In this document: positions 39,128 to 49,352 of the stretch, one piece after another
How positions within the stretch are numbered: the stretch's first letter is position 1
Layout: each line of letters opens with the position of its first letter
From: Vulcanimicrobiota bacterium
GTDB lineage: Bacteria > Vulcanimicrobiota > Vulcanimicrobiia > Eremiobacterales > Eremiobacteraceae
Assembly: GCA_963812135.1 (NCBI GenBank)
Contig: CAWETU010000001.1
Location: 1,408,001 to 1,472,000, forward strand
Length of the DNA: 64,000 nucleotides
Direction of reading: 5' to 3'
Made by a program: the position numbers and the translations under genes
Notes under the pieces: model-generated
Database searches by the model: none
What the model was told of the DNA's origin: nothing
Seen by the model: only the letters and a program-made list of their open reading frames with translations

Positions 39128-39997
39128 TCAGCGCGGCGGGTTGACGGAGTAGTCGTAAAAGCCTCTGCCGGACTTGCGGCCATGGTGGCCAGCGAGCACC
39201 ATCCGCTTGAGAAGCGGCGGCGAGGCGAACATCGGATCCTTGAATTCGTCGAACATGATCTCAGCGATGTAATACGTCGTGTCGAGGCCGACGAAGTCAA
39301 GCAACGTGAGCGGTCCCATTGGGTGGCCGCACCCCAGCTTCATGCCCTCGTCGATGTCCTCTTTGGAGGCAAGTCCCTGCTCGTACATCCGGATGGCGTA
39401 GAGAAGATAGGGCACGAGCAACCGGTTGACCACGAAGCCCGGCGTGTCTTGCGCGAGGATCGGCACTTTGCCGAGCTTCCTGGCGAATGCGTACAGCGCG
39501 TCGATCGTCGCCTGATCGGTCACGATGGTCTTGACGACTTCGACGAGTTTCATGATGGGCACCGGATTGAAGAAGTGCAGGCCGGCCACTTGCTTGGGCC
39601 GTTTGGTCGCAGCCGCCATCTCGATGACGCACAGGCTCGAGGTGTTCGAGCAGATGATCGCGTGCGGCGCCAGCAGCGAATCGAGCTTCGAGAACAGCTC
39701 TTTCTTCGCCGCGATGTTCTCGACGATCGCCTCGATCACGAGGTCGCAGCCCTTGAGATCCTCGACATTGGTCGTCGTCGTGAGGCGGCCGAGCGCGGCA
39801 TCGCGGTCGGCGGCTTGGAGCGAGCCTTTCTCGACGAACTTGTCGAGCGATTTCTTGATGCCGGCGAGTCCCTTGTCCAACGCGGCCTGCACCGCCTCGA
39901 GCGCGACGACCTCGTAGCCGGACGTCGCCGCGACCTGCGCGATGCCGGCGCCCATGAGGCCCATGCCGCAGACGCCGACTCTCTTGATTTCAGACAT
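39128..39997 (-). CDS. hbd: 3-hydroxybutyryl-CoA dehydrogenase
   Basis: GMGLMGAG, EAIVE, SNTSSL, HFFNP, PGFVVNR, GHPMGP. Confidence 0.92.
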   Translation of the reverse strand: MSEIKRVGVCGMGLMGAGIAQVAATSGYEVVALEAVQAALDKGLAGIKKSLDKFVEKGSLQAADRDAALGRLTTTTNVEDLKGCDLVIEAIVENIAAKKELFSKLDSLLAPHAIICSNTSSLCVIEMAAATKRPKQVAGLHFFNPVPIMKLVEVVKTIVTDQATIDALYAFARKLGKVPILAQDTPGFVVNRLLVPYLLYAIRMYEQGLASKEDIDEGMKLGCGHPMGPLTLLDFVGLDTTYYIAEIMFDEFKDPMFASPPLLKRMVLAGHHGRKSGRGFYDYSVNPPR

Positions 39998-40003
39998 ATC
40001 TAT

Positions 40004-41200
40004 TTATCCTTTGTGTGGCGGGAGTTCGCAGCGCGGCGCTTTATCTTTTCGGTATCCGAGCGCGTATTCGGCCTGCATCACTTTCTGGATCTCGCGCGTG
40101 CCTTCATAGATGATGCTGCCGCGCGAGTTGCGCAGGAAACGCGCCACCGGATACTCGTCGGAAAAACCATAGGCGCCGTGGATCTGCATCGCGTCGTCGG
40201 CCGCGCGATTGGCGGCGTCCGTCGCGTACCACTTCGCCAGCGCGGTCTCGCGCGTGTTGCGTCGCCCCAGGTTCTTGAGCCATCCGGCTCGGAAATACAA
40301 CAGTCGCGCGGCGTCATAGGCGAGTGCCATGTTCGCGATCATCTCTTGCACGAGCTGGTGCTTGCCGATCTCGACGCCAAAGGTCTGCCGCTCGTGGGCG
40401 TACTTGACCGAGGCGTCGAGGCTCGCGCGGATCAAGCCGGTCGCGCCGGACGCGACCGTGAAGCGCCCGTTCTCGAGGCACGTCATCGCGACGTAGAATC
40501 CTTCGCCTTCCTCGCCGAGGCGGTTGGCCGCCGGCACGCGCAGGTCGGTGAAGGAGAGCCCGCCGGTATCGCCCGCACGCACGCCGTACTTGTCATGCAG
40601 CGCGAAGGTATGCAGCGCGGTTCCCACTGCCGCGCGCTCGACAACGAATGCGCTGATGCCGTGCTTGCCTTGGTCGGGCGCGGTCTTCGCGAAGATGAGA
40701 AATGTGTCGGCCTGCGTCGCACACGAGACCCAGATCTTGCTGCCGTTGAGGATATAGGAATCGCCGTCGCGGCGCGCGGTCGATCGCATCGCGCCGACAT
40801 CGGTGCCCGCGTCCGGCTCGGTCAAGCCAAAGGCTCCAAGCTGTTCGCCAGAGGCGAGTGGACGCAGCAGGCGCTGCTTCTGTTCTTCGGTACCCCATTG
40901 GTAGACGCCGCAACCGGCGAGGCCGATGTGCACCGACATCATCGTGCGCAACGCCGTGTCGCAGTACTCCAGCTCTTCGCACACCAGGCCGAGGGTGATG
41001 TAGTCGAGGTTCGCGCCGCCGTACTTCTCGGGAAACGGCAATCCGACGATGCCGAGCTTGGCCAGTTTGGCAAACGCGTTCGGCAGGGGAGTGCCTGCGC
41101 TTTCGCAACGCTGCACATCGGGCGCAAGCCGATCCGCCAGGTACGAACGCACGGTGTCGGTGAGCACGCGCTGCTCGGCCGTCAGTTCAAGATCGACCAT
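40004..41200 (-). CDS. Acyl-CoA dehydrogenase
   Basis: FGLTEPDAGTD, LNGSKIW, RQTFG, IHGAYG, IYEGT. Confidence 0.93.
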   Translation of the reverse strand: MVDLELTAEQRVLTDTVRSYLADRLAPDVQRCESAGTPLPNAFAKLAKLGIVGLPFPEKYGGANLDYITLGLVCEELEYCDTALRTMMSVHIGLAGCGVYQWGTEEQKQRLLRPLASGEQLGAFGLTEPDAGTDVGAMRSTARRDGDSYILNGSKIWVSCATQADTFLIFAKTAPDQGKHGISAFVVERAAVGTALHTFALHDKYGVRAGDTGGLSFTDLRVPAANRLGEEGEGFYVAMTCLENGRFTVASGATGLIRASLDASVKYAHERQTFGVEIGKHQLVQEMIANMALAYDAARLLYFRAGWLKNLGRRNTRETALAKWYATDAANRAADDAMQIHGAYGFSDEYPVARFLRNSRGSIIYEGTREIQKVMQAEYALGYRKDKAPRCELPPHKG

Positions 41201-41262
41201 GACCGCCGATTCCGTCCGCTCGGACAGGCACCCTTTGAGCGCGCGAAGAATGCGCGCTGCTC

Positions 41263-42900
41263 ATGTCGCACCGCGTCCTCGCCTTCGTCGTCGCGCTCGC
41301 CACCATCTGCGCGGGGTGCACGAAGATCAGTACGTCTACCGGCCCGCAGACGCAGCGCAGCGCAGCCGATTCCGAAGTGCTGCGCGTCTCCGATATCTCC
41401 GATCCATCGACCCTCAATCCCATGCTCAGCGGCGCGGACGTGGCGTATAACCTCGCTAGCTACTCGCTGGAATATCTGGTGCAACTGGACGGCAACGGCG
41501 AGCTCACGCCCGTGCTGTGCACGCGGGTGCCGAGCGTCGAAAACGGCGACGTCAGCAGCGACGGTCTGACGATCACGTATCATCTGCGCAAAGGCGTGAC
41601 GTGGCAGGACGGCGTCGCCTTCACCTCTGCGGATGTCGTCGCGACGTGGAAGCAGGTGATGAACCCGCTCAATCCCGTCATCGTGCGGACCGGCTATGAG
41701 GTCATCGACCGTATCGACACGCCGGACAAATGGACGGCCGTGCTCCATCTCAAGCAGCCGTACGCGCCAATGCCCACGCGCTTTCTGGCGGGCATTCAAG
41801 AAGGCCCCATACCGGTGCTGCCCGCGCACCTGATCGCGAATCAAAAAGACCTCGTCCACTCGAGCTTCAATACGAGTCCGGTCGGCACCGGACCGTTCAT
41901 CGTCCAATCGTGGGAGCACAGCGGCCGGCTGGTCTTCGTCGCCAATCCGCACTACTGGCGCGGCGCGCCGAAGCTGCGCAAGATCATCTTTCAGGCGCAG
42001 CCGAGCCAGTCTACCGAGATCGTCGGCTTTCAAAGCCGTGAGATCGACGCGGACTTCGACACCGGCCCGGCCGATCTGCCGAGCTACGAGCTCATCTCCG
42101 GCATGCAGATCAGACGCTCCCCGAGTCTACGGCTCGCGGTCGTCGCGATGTATGCCGGGCCAGGTCACCCGCTCGCCGATAAACGCGTGCGACACGCCGT
42201 GGCCTACGCGATCGACCGTCACGAGGCGCTGCACAAGATCAATCACGATGTCGGCTCGATGGCGGATGAATTCTTACCGTCCTGGTCGTGGGCATACACA
42301 CCGGACGTGCCGCGTTACGATTTCGACCCGAAAAAAGCGCAGGCGCTGCTCGATCAGGCGGGTTGGACGCCTGGACCTGACGGTATCCGGGTCAAGGACG
42401 GCAAGCGCTTGACGTTGCTCATCATCGGGTCGATTGGAAGCGACAGCACGCGCCGTTTCAACCAGCTGCTGCAATCGTATCTGCACGCGGTCGGCATCGA
42501 AGCCACGATCAAAGAGTTCCCATACGGTTTGGTGTTCGACTACAACGGTCCGATACGTCAAGGCCGTTTCGATCTCGCCGCCTTCACCTACAGCGTGAAC
42601 TACGATCCTTCAGCGTTGCAGGACGATGGTTGCGACCAGTTCTCGCCGGCCGGCGCGAATCAGTCGCGCTTGTGCGATCCGGACGTCGACCGGCTCGAGC
42701 GCCAGGCGCTCGCGATCAATGACCGCGCGAAACGCAAAGCGCTCTACGCGCAGATCGAACGGCTGCGGATGGACGACCTCGGCACGTTTCCTTTATACTA
42801 TCGCGATCGCATCGGGGTGATCAGCGACGACTTGCATGGCTACGTGCCGTCGCGGGGTATTATGCCCAACTGGAACGCCTGGCAATGGAGCCTTCCGTGA
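41263..42900 (+). CDS. Peptide/nickel ABC transporter substrate-binding lipoprotein (family 5)
   Basis: Lipobox CAGC, DGLTITYHLRKGVTWQDG, PVGTGPF, VRHAVAYAIDR. Confidence 0.9.
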   Translation: MSHRVLAFVVALATICAGCTKISTSTGPQTQRSAADSEVLRVSDISDPSTLNPMLSGADVAYNLASYSLEYLVQLDGNGELTPVLCTRVPSVENGDVSSDGLTITYHLRKGVTWQDGVAFTSADVVATWKQVMNPLNPVIVRTGYEVIDRIDTPDKWTAVLHLKQPYAPMPTRFLAGIQEGPIPVLPAHLIANQKDLVHSSFNTSPVGTGPFIVQSWEHSGRLVFVANPHYWRGAPKLRKIIFQAQPSQSTEIVGFQSREIDADFDTGPADLPSYELISGMQIRRSPSLRLAVVAMYAGPGHPLADKRVRHAVAYAIDRHEALHKINHDVGSMADEFLPSWSWAYTPDVPRYDFDPKKAQALLDQAGWTPGPDGIRVKDGKRLTLLIIGSIGSDSTRRFNQLLQSYLHAVGIEATIKEFPYGLVFDYNGPIRQGRFDLAAFTYSVNYDPSALQDDGCDQFSPAGANQSRLCDPDVDRLERQALAINDRAKRKALYAQIERLRMDDLGTFPLYYRDRIGVISDDLHGYVPSRGIMPNWNAWQWSLP

Positions 42901-42910
42901 CGCTCCGGCC

Positions 42911-43423
42911 TTATCTGCGCCCACCGGTGAAATCCTCGGCCATGAAGACTCCCTTTGCCCCGACCGCGATGCCGATGCCGACCCCGTTGTAGTTCGGCGA
43001 TAAGATGTTGCGCCGATGGCCGTCGTTGGGCGGCACTTCGGCCATCATCGCCTTGTCGAGCAGCGCGAGGACGTTCCACAGCAGCACCGGATCCACCACG
43101 CCAGGCGAGCGGAAGCCGACGTTCTCGCCGTAGTAGTCCGCTTTGCCGCCGAACGAGGCGTAACGCATCATCGGCGTGCGGCCGCTGCTGTCGAGGTGGC
43201 CCATTTTGCCCGTGGACAGCATGTCGTCGGCCTGGAATTGCGCGGCTTGTTCGGCCGTCGGGTTGCGCTCGAGTTTTGGCACGCCGTCCGCGGCGCGGTG
43301 CTGGTTGAGCGTGTCGATCAACTGCGCGCGCAGCTGCACGAGCTCCGCGGCGGGCGGCGGACCTTCAGTAGGGATCGGGCCGAGGCCGGCCGCGACGAGC
43401 AGGGCGATGAGCATCATTTCCAT
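42911..43423 (-). CDS. CAP (SCP) domain protein
   Basis: NQHR, H, GENV, GHRRNIL, GIGI. Confidence 0.82.
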   Translation of the reverse strand: MEMMLIALLVAAGLGPIPTEGPPPAAELVQLRAQLIDTLNQHRAADGVPKLERNPTAEQAAQFQADDMLSTGKMGHLDSSGRTPMMRYASFGGKADYYGENVGFRSPGVVDPVLLWNVLALLDKAMMAEVPPNDGHRRNILSPNYNGVGIGIAVGAKGVFMAEDFTGGRR

Positions 43424-43435
43424 TATTGTCGGCGG

Positions 43436-44566
43436 ATGAGCGTACCCGCGTTGGACCGTTCGCTGTTCCCGGTCGCGCAGTCATGGGCGTATTGCGACCA
43501 CGCCGCTGTCGGTCCTTTGCCGCGACCGACGCGCGATGCGCTCGTCAAGATCTTCGATGCGCAGATGCAGCTCGGCAAAAATGGTATGGCGCCGGTCGAG
43601 GCGCAGCGCGACGCCGTCCGCGCGCAGGTCGCCGCTGCGATCAATGCAGAGCCGGGCGAGATCGCGTTCATGCGCGCGACGAGCGACGGCGCTTTGCTGG
43701 CGGCCAACGGGCTCGACTGGCACGAGGGCGACGAGATCATCCTGGCGGCCGACGAGTTCGGCGCCAATGCATATCCGTGGCTCGGCGTGCGCCGCCATGG
43801 AGTCACGGTGACGCTTGTTCGAGCGCCGGACGAGCGTGTCACGCCCGAGCTGCTCGAGCGCATGGCGAGCAAGCGGACGCGGCTCGTCGCCGTGTCGTAC
43901 GTCGGTTTCAACGACGGCTATCGCAACGACATCGCGGGGATCGGGCGCTGGTGCCGCGCACGAGGCGTGTTCTTCGCACTCGACGCGATGCAAGGCTTCG
44001 GCCAATTGCCGCTCGACGTGCGAGCATGCAACGCCGACTTCGCCTATTTCGGCGTCGCGAAGTGGCTGCTTAGCCCGCACGGTGTCAGCGTGGTCTACGT
44101 CCGGCGCGACCTGATCGAGCGCTTGCTGCCGGCGACCATGTCATGGCGCTCGGTGCGCGACCCGATGCGCTTTCTCGAATACGACCAGCCGCTGCACCCT
44201 GATGCGCAGCGCTTCGAAGGCGGGTCGCTCAACTATCCGGGCGTCGCCGCATTCGGCGTGAGCCTCGACATCCTGATGAGTGCCGGCCTTGCGAACATCG
44301 AGCGGCAGGTGCTGTCGTTGACCAGCCGTCTCATCGAAGGCGCACAGCGCGCGGGAATCGAGGTCAAGAGCGATCTGCGGCCGGAGGCGCGATCTGGAAT
44401 CGTCCTCCTCGACCGCGGGCGCGCGGAGGTGGAAAAGCTGACGTCTCGTGCCGACGCCGCGCACGTCGGCGTCACCGTGCGCGAGAACGGCGTTCGCGTG
44501 TCGCCGCACGGTTACAACGACGAATCAGATATCGACCGAGTATTGAGCGTTCTGATAGAACGCTGA
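43436..44566 (+). CDS. Aminotransferase class V PLP enzyme
   Basis: YCDHAAVGP, DAMQ, AKWLLSP (PLP lysine), RFEGG, RVSPHGYN. Confidence 0.88.
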   Translation: MSVPALDRSLFPVAQSWAYCDHAAVGPLPRPTRDALVKIFDAQMQLGKNGMAPVEAQRDAVRAQVAAAINAEPGEIAFMRATSDGALLAANGLDWHEGDEIILAADEFGANAYPWLGVRRHGVTVTLVRAPDERVTPELLERMASKRTRLVAVSYVGFNDGYRNDIAGIGRWCRARGVFFALDAMQGFGQLPLDVRACNADFAYFGVAKWLLSPHGVSVVYVRRDLIERLLPATMSWRSVRDPMRFLEYDQPLHPDAQRFEGGSLNYPGVAAFGVSLDILMSAGLANIERQVLSLTSRLIEGAQRAGIEVKSDLRPEARSGIVLLDRGRAEVEKLTSRADAAHVGVTVRENGVRVSPHGYNDESDIDRVLSVLIER

Positions 44567-44571
44567 CGAGT

Positions 44572-45324
44572 TTATTGGCCGAGTTGCGCGATTGCGGCGC
44601 GCAGCGGGGCGCTCGACACCTGAATCACACCGCTGTACGGTTGATACATCTCCATGATCAGCCACATCGCCGCAGCCACGGACAACGCGGCCGCGAAGAA
44701 CGTGGCGATGACCGTTGGATTCGACCTGGCGAAGAGCCCCGAGCTGATGAACACGAGCGTGAGCCATATGATGAGCGCGATCAACAACGGCATCGGAATC
44801 GGCGTCGCGCGCTGTTCGTAGATGAGCCAGCGCATCTGTGCGAGGGCGACGCCGATGCTAAGCACTTGCCCCTTCAGCAAACGTTGCTCTTCAGTCTTCG
44901 GCTCGAGTCTCTCGAGACGATCGAACAGCGCTTGTGTGTCTGCATTGCGGGGCATCGCAGCCGCGAGACCTGATTCGGAAGACCACATCTGGTCGAGCGT
45001 TGCGACCATAGCTCCGCGAAGCAGGGCGCGATCGCGCGTTGCATCCGGCCCGTAGTGGGCGAGCATTTGGTCAAGCAGCACGACGTTCGCGGACATCTGC
45101 GTCAGCTCGGCGTTCTGCGTATCGTAAAAGCCCTTGGCCGACGCGATGAGCAGTCCGAGGACGAGCGCGACCATGGTCGCAACTACGCCCATGCCGACAC
45201 GCACGACATCTTTGGATTCCGAGTCGAGATGGTCCGCCGGCAAGGCTTTCCCGAGACGGATACCGAGCAGTGCACCCCCGAAGGCGCACGCAAAAGCGAT
45301 CAAAGCGATGACAGATGGAGACAT
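44572..45324 (-). CDS. DUF4239 / bestrophin-like membrane protein
   Basis: ALVLGLLIASAK, LAHYGP, EMYQPYSG.I.VSSAPL. Confidence 0.7.
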   Translation of the reverse strand: MSPSVIALIAFACAFGGALLGIRLGKALPADHLDSESKDVVRVGMGVVATMVALVLGLLIASAKGFYDTQNAELTQMSANVVLLDQMLAHYGPDATRDRALLRGAMVATLDQMWSSESGLAAAMPRNADTQALFDRLERLEPKTEEQRLLKGQVLSIGVALAQMRWLIYEQRATPIPMPLLIALIIWLTLVFISSGLFARSNPTVIATFFAAALSVAAAMWLIMEMYQPYSGVIQVSSAPLRAAIAQLGQ

Positions 45325-45968
45325 CACGTAAGAATATTCACGGCGCGAGCTGCGACGAGGAGGACGGTCAGCAGCGAGATCAGCGCCTGGATGGTCATCA
45401 GCGCCTTCGCCCAGGTCGTCAACGGCATCGTGTCGGTCGGGCTGAAGGCGGTCGCATTGGTGAACCCGAGATAGAGATAATCCGCGAACACCGGCACCCA
45501 GCCCGTGGGCGCGCACTCCTGCACGTACATCTGGGGGAACATGAAGTCGGCTTTGCGCCGCGATGCGTTGAGCCGTACCTGCGGGCCGCCTCGGTCGAAC
45601 TCCCAAAACCACAGAGCGAATACCAAGATGTTCGTGAACCAGATCGCGGCGGCGGAGTAGAGAAGCTCAAGACCGCTCTGCTTAGGCATCCCCGTTAGAA
45701 GTGCACGCACTAACAGCGCGAGCGACGCGATGTTCGCCGCGTTGACGATCGCGATGACGGTGATGCCCAACCAGCGGAGGCCGCGCGAGACGTCTCGAGC
45801 GGTATGAAACGGTCCGACTGCGAGCAGCGGGATCAAAAGCGCGCCTACCAAAAGCGGCATCAGCCACCGCGGCCCGAGCGTCAGATGCGCGGGAAGCAGG
45901 ACATAGAGGATAGTGGAAAGGACGACGGCGAGCGACGGGGGCCAGCGCGATTCGGAGCGCTTGATCAT
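45324..45968 (-). CDS. DUF1345-like membrane protein
   Basis: WEFDRGGP, DFMFPQ, DYLYLGFTNATAFSPTDTMPL. Confidence 0.75.
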   Translation of the reverse strand: MIKRSESRWPPSLAVVLSTILYVLLPAHLTLGPRWLMPLLVGALLIPLLAVGPFHTARDVSRGLRWLGITVIAIVNAANIASLALLVRALLTGMPKQSGLELLYSAAAIWFTNILVFALWFWEFDRGGPQVRLNASRRKADFMFPQMYVQECAPTGWVPVFADYLYLGFTNATAFSPTDTMPLTTWAKALMTIQALISLLTVLLVAARAVNILT

Positions 45969-46017
45969 CTGATCGCGCTCTGCGGTGGCGGTCGCGCTGC
46001 TCGGGGGCGGGATGTGC

Positions 46018-47478
46018 TTAGTATCCCTGGTCGCTGATGGAACAGGGTGCCATCACGGCCGTCGACATGCCGTGAATGAGACGCTTATCGGCGGGCACCA
46101 CGGTCGCAAGCACGCCGCTCAGCTTGGCGTCATCGCCCACGACGAAGTAGTACGGACAAAGCCGCACGCGCCCGTCCATCGTCTTGACGTCGCCGGCGGC
46201 GGTGTCGTAGTAAGGGATCTGCACGCGCCGTCCTTTGTGGAAACGCTGCAAGATGTGCGGCGTCTTGTCGAACACCGCAAGCCCGCCGTCGAGCACCGCC
46301 ATCCATTCATCGCGCGTGAGATCGTCGCCGACGTAGACGCCCTTGCTGCCCCACGACAGTTCGGAGAAGCCCGAAGGTTTGACGACGTATTGTCGCTCAG
46401 ATTTCGAAAGGCTGTAGAGCTGCGACCACGTATGCACCGGCTGGCCGGCGGCGGTCAATCCGAGGATGACCGCTTGCGGCGGCATCGGGCGCGGGTCGAG
46501 GATCCACGTCTGTGGGAACACCTTGGTGACACGCTCGTACGACTCGTCGCCCATCTCGCGGCGCCAGAGCGGCTCGAGCTGCGTGTGGTGGAACAGCGCG
46601 AACGTCAGCTTCTCTTCGAAGAACGATTTGGCAGGCGGCGTGATCACGACGCGCCTGTGGCGTGCCGCGTACAAGAAGAGCTCTTGCTTTGGAATGTTGA
46701 GCAGGTCGAACAACTCGAAGAAGCGGTAGAAGAGGTCGACGGTGCGTCTTCCGGTGGGAGTGTCGACGACGAGCGCCTCCTCCGTGAACACGACGTCCTC
46801 GGGCTTGACCGTGACCGCGTCGGCAAGACCCGCCCGGCCCAACGCTTCCGCGAGCCAGATCATCTCGCTGCGATAGTCCTCAGATTCCTTGGAGACGACG
46901 ATCGCGATGACCGGCCGTTCTTTACCGGTATGCGCGCGCGCCATGTCGGCGAAGCCGCGGATGATGCCGTCGAACTCGCCGACCTGATCGTAGCCGAGCT
47001 CGCAGTACGTCGCGCCCATCGCGCCGACGAATCCCATGCCGCCGGGCACCGCATCGAGCTCGGCGGCGATCATGCCGTCATCGTCGACGTGCTCGGTGAG
47101 GATGATGTCGGGGCGGATGACCGCCGGCGTGTCCTGCTTGAAACGATTCTGTCGTTGCAGGCGGACGATCTGCTCGGGTTTGCCGAGCTCGAGATACTCG
47201 TGCACGAACGACGGCGCGGTGCCGCGCACGCTTTGGAAGTAGAGCTTGTTCAGCGCGCGATAGAATCGGAGCAGGTCGCCGCCGAGCGTCTCGAAGCGGG
47301 CGACCGTCGCGGGTAAGAGCGGAAAAGGTTCGGGGGTGATGCGCCAGGCGACTTGTGCGGCCTCAGGGGCCGCCTCTCCGGCGACGCTGCGGAAGAGGTT
47401 GGGCGAAAGATGTTCGCTGATGTACCGAGCCCGCTCGACAGCGGATTTCGGGGCGAGCGCGTTGGCGCTACAAGGCAT
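46018..47478 (-). CDS. Uncharacterised ATP-grasp-like carboxylate-amine ligase (glutathionylspermidine synthase-like superfamily)
   Basis: IRPDII, ELDAVPGG, YRFFEL, EEKL, YVVKPSG...WGSKGV, ILQRF, RLCPYY. Confidence 0.55.
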   Translation of the reverse strand: MPCSANALAPKSAVERARYISEHLSPNLFRSVAGEAAPEAAQVAWRITPEPFPLLPATVARFETLGGDLLRFYRALNKLYFQSVRGTAPSFVHEYLELGKPEQIVRLQRQNRFKQDTPAVIRPDIILTEHVDDDGMIAAELDAVPGGMGFVGAMGATYCELGYDQVGEFDGIIRGFADMARAHTGKERPVIAIVVSKESEDYRSEMIWLAEALGRAGLADAVTVKPEDVVFTEEALVVDTPTGRRTVDLFYRFFELFDLLNIPKQELFLYAARHRRVVITPPAKSFFEEKLTFALFHHTQLEPLWRREMGDESYERVTKVFPQTWILDPRPMPPQAVILGLTAAGQPVHTWSQLYSLSKSERQYVVKPSGFSELSWGSKGVYVGDDLTRDEWMAVLDGGLAVFDKTPHILQRFHKGRRVQIPYYDTAAGDVKTMDGRVRLCPYYFVVGDDAKLSGVLATVVPADKRLIHGMSTAVMAPCSISDQGY

Positions 47479-47649
47479 GCGGGCTTCGCTGCCTCCGAAG
47501 CGTCAACTGAGTACATGCCGGCGGGATCTTCGGCTGACTCAAGTAGCGGAACAGATGTCGTATCATCGCTGGGACGCTCGACTTTGCGTGGGGTGCTCGC
47601 TCACTCCTGCCAGGGCTGGTCCGGCGTGGAGCCCGAAGACCAATCAGAT

Positions 47650-48579
47650 ATGACTCATGTCGAGGACGCGGTCGTCGTGGCGCGCGATCTGACGAAACGT
47701 TACGGGCAATTCGAAGCCGTGCGCGGCATCGACTTCACGATCGCGCGCCAGGAGTGCTTCGGATTTCTTGGTGTGAACGGCGCGGGCAAGACGAGCACGA
47801 TGAAGATGATCTATTGCCGGACGACCAAGACGGCAGGCAGATTGGACGTCTTCGGCGTGGACGCGCAGACGCACCCGCGCGAGATCAAGCAACGCATCGG
47901 TGTGGTGACCCAGGAGAGCGCGCTGGATCCCGAGCTGACCGTCGCAGAGAACATGCTGCTCTATGCGTCGTTCTTCGGCATCCGCGGCGCTGCCGCGCGC
48001 GCGAAGTGCGACGAGCTGTTGGGCACGATGAACCTGGAGGCCAAGGCGCGCTCGCGCATTTCGGAGCTCTCTGGCGGCATGAAACGGCGCCTCGCGATCG
48101 CACGCGCACTCGTGAACGATCCGGAGATGCTCGTCCTTGACGAGCCGACGACCGGACTCGATCCGCAAGCGCGGTTGTCTGTCTGGCAGCAGCTGCTGGA
48201 GTTCCGCAGTGCGGGCATCACGCTCGTGCTGACCTCGCATTATATGGAAGAAGCAGCGCGTTTGTGCGATCGCCTCGTCATCATGGATGAGGGGAAGATC
48301 TTGGCCGAAGGTTCGCCGCGCGAGCTGGTCGACCGCTATGCGGCGTCCGACGTGCTCGAGATGTTCAGCGTCGATCTCGCCGCTGCGCGAGCGCCGCTCG
48401 ATGGCCTCGTGCGCCGGCTCGAACAGCACGGCGAAACGACCTATCTTTATAATGATGACAATCGCGCGCTGTTGACGCGCCTGGCGGAGCTTGGCGTCGA
48501 AGCGCCGCGCCATGTGGCGCGAGCCGCGACGCTGGAAGACGTCTTCTTGAACCTCACCGGGCGGGAGTTGACCGAGTGA
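47650..48579 (+). CDS. ABC-2 exporter ATP-binding protein (NodI-like)
   Basis: GVNGAGKT, LSGGMKRR, LDEPTTGLDPQAR, TSH. Confidence 0.9.
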   Translation: MTHVEDAVVVARDLTKRYGQFEAVRGIDFTIARQECFGFLGVNGAGKTSTMKMIYCRTTKTAGRLDVFGVDAQTHPREIKQRIGVVTQESALDPELTVAENMLLYASFFGIRGAAARAKCDELLGTMNLEAKARSRISELSGGMKRRLAIARALVNDPEMLVLDEPTTGLDPQARLSVWQQLLEFRSAGITLVLTSHYMEEAARLCDRLVIMDEGKILAEGSPRELVDRYAASDVLEMFSVDLAAARAPLDGLVRRLEQHGETTYLYNDDNRALLTRLAELGVEAPRHVARAATLEDVFLNLTGRELTE

Positions 48580-49352
48580 ATCCGCTCGCTGCGCTATTCC
48601 ACCGCAACGCGTGGAACGTGTTCCGGCGCGACTTCACCGCGTGGCAGAAATACGCGAGCTCGAGCATCGCGATCAACATCTTCGAGCCGATGGCGTACTT
48701 CCTCGCGCTGGGCTTCGGATTGGGCGCCTATCTGACGCTGGGCGCGAGCGGTTCGCTCTTGCAATTCATGGCGCCCGGCATGCTCGGGCTTGCGGCGCTC
48801 AATGCGGCGACGTTCGATGCGTGCTGGGGCGCGTACGAACGGCTCAACTTCAACGGCGTGTACGAGGCGATGGTCACGGCGCCGGTCGACCCGATCGAGA
48901 TCGCGTCAGGCGAATATCTGTGGCAAGCGTTTCGTGCGGCGCTCTATGGCGGGATCTTCCTCGTCGTCATCACGCTGTTCGGACTCGTGCACTCGTGGTG
49001 GGCGCTGCTCTCATTGCCGTTGCTCGCGCTCACCGGTATCGTTTTCGCGATGCCCGCCTTTGCGGTCGCGATGATGGTGAAGACGCAAGAGCACCTGTTC
49101 TATTACTTCTCGTTCGTTGCGACGCCGATGGTGATGATCAGCGGCGTGTTCTTCCCGTTGGACAAGACGCCGCACTGGCTGCAAGTCATCGCGTGGTGCA
49201 CGCCCCTGTATCACGCCGTGAAGATCTTCCGCGGGCTCGTGCTCGGCCACCTGAGCTGGAGTTTGACCGGCGACCTCGCATGGTTGATCGTCGCGGGCGC
49301 GCTGCTCGCCTATTTGCCGGTGCCGTTCTTGCTCAACAAACTGGCGCGCTAA
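48576..49352 (+). CDS. ABC-2 exporter permease (NodJ-like)
   Basis: EP.AYFLALGFGLG, F.APG, SGVFFP, PLYHAV; GTGA overlap. Confidence 0.88.
   Translation: MNPLAALFHRNAWNVFRRDFTAWQKYASSSIAINIFEPMAYFLALGFGLGAYLTLGASGSLLQFMAPGMLGLAALNAATFDACWGAYERLNFNGVYEAMVTAPVDPIEIASGEYLWQAFRAALYGGIFLVVITLFGLVHSWWALLSLPLLALTGIVFAMPAFAVAMMVKTQEHLFYYFSFVATPMVMISGVFFPLDKTPHWLQVIAWCTPLYHAVKIFRGLVLGHLSWSLTGDLAWLIVAGALLAYLPVPFLLNKLAR

Noticed and set aside
38651..41569. 972-aa plus-strand ORF and many other long overlapping ORFs
   Set aside because: Antisense shadows of well-supported genes, expected in high-GC DNA; no motifs recognised
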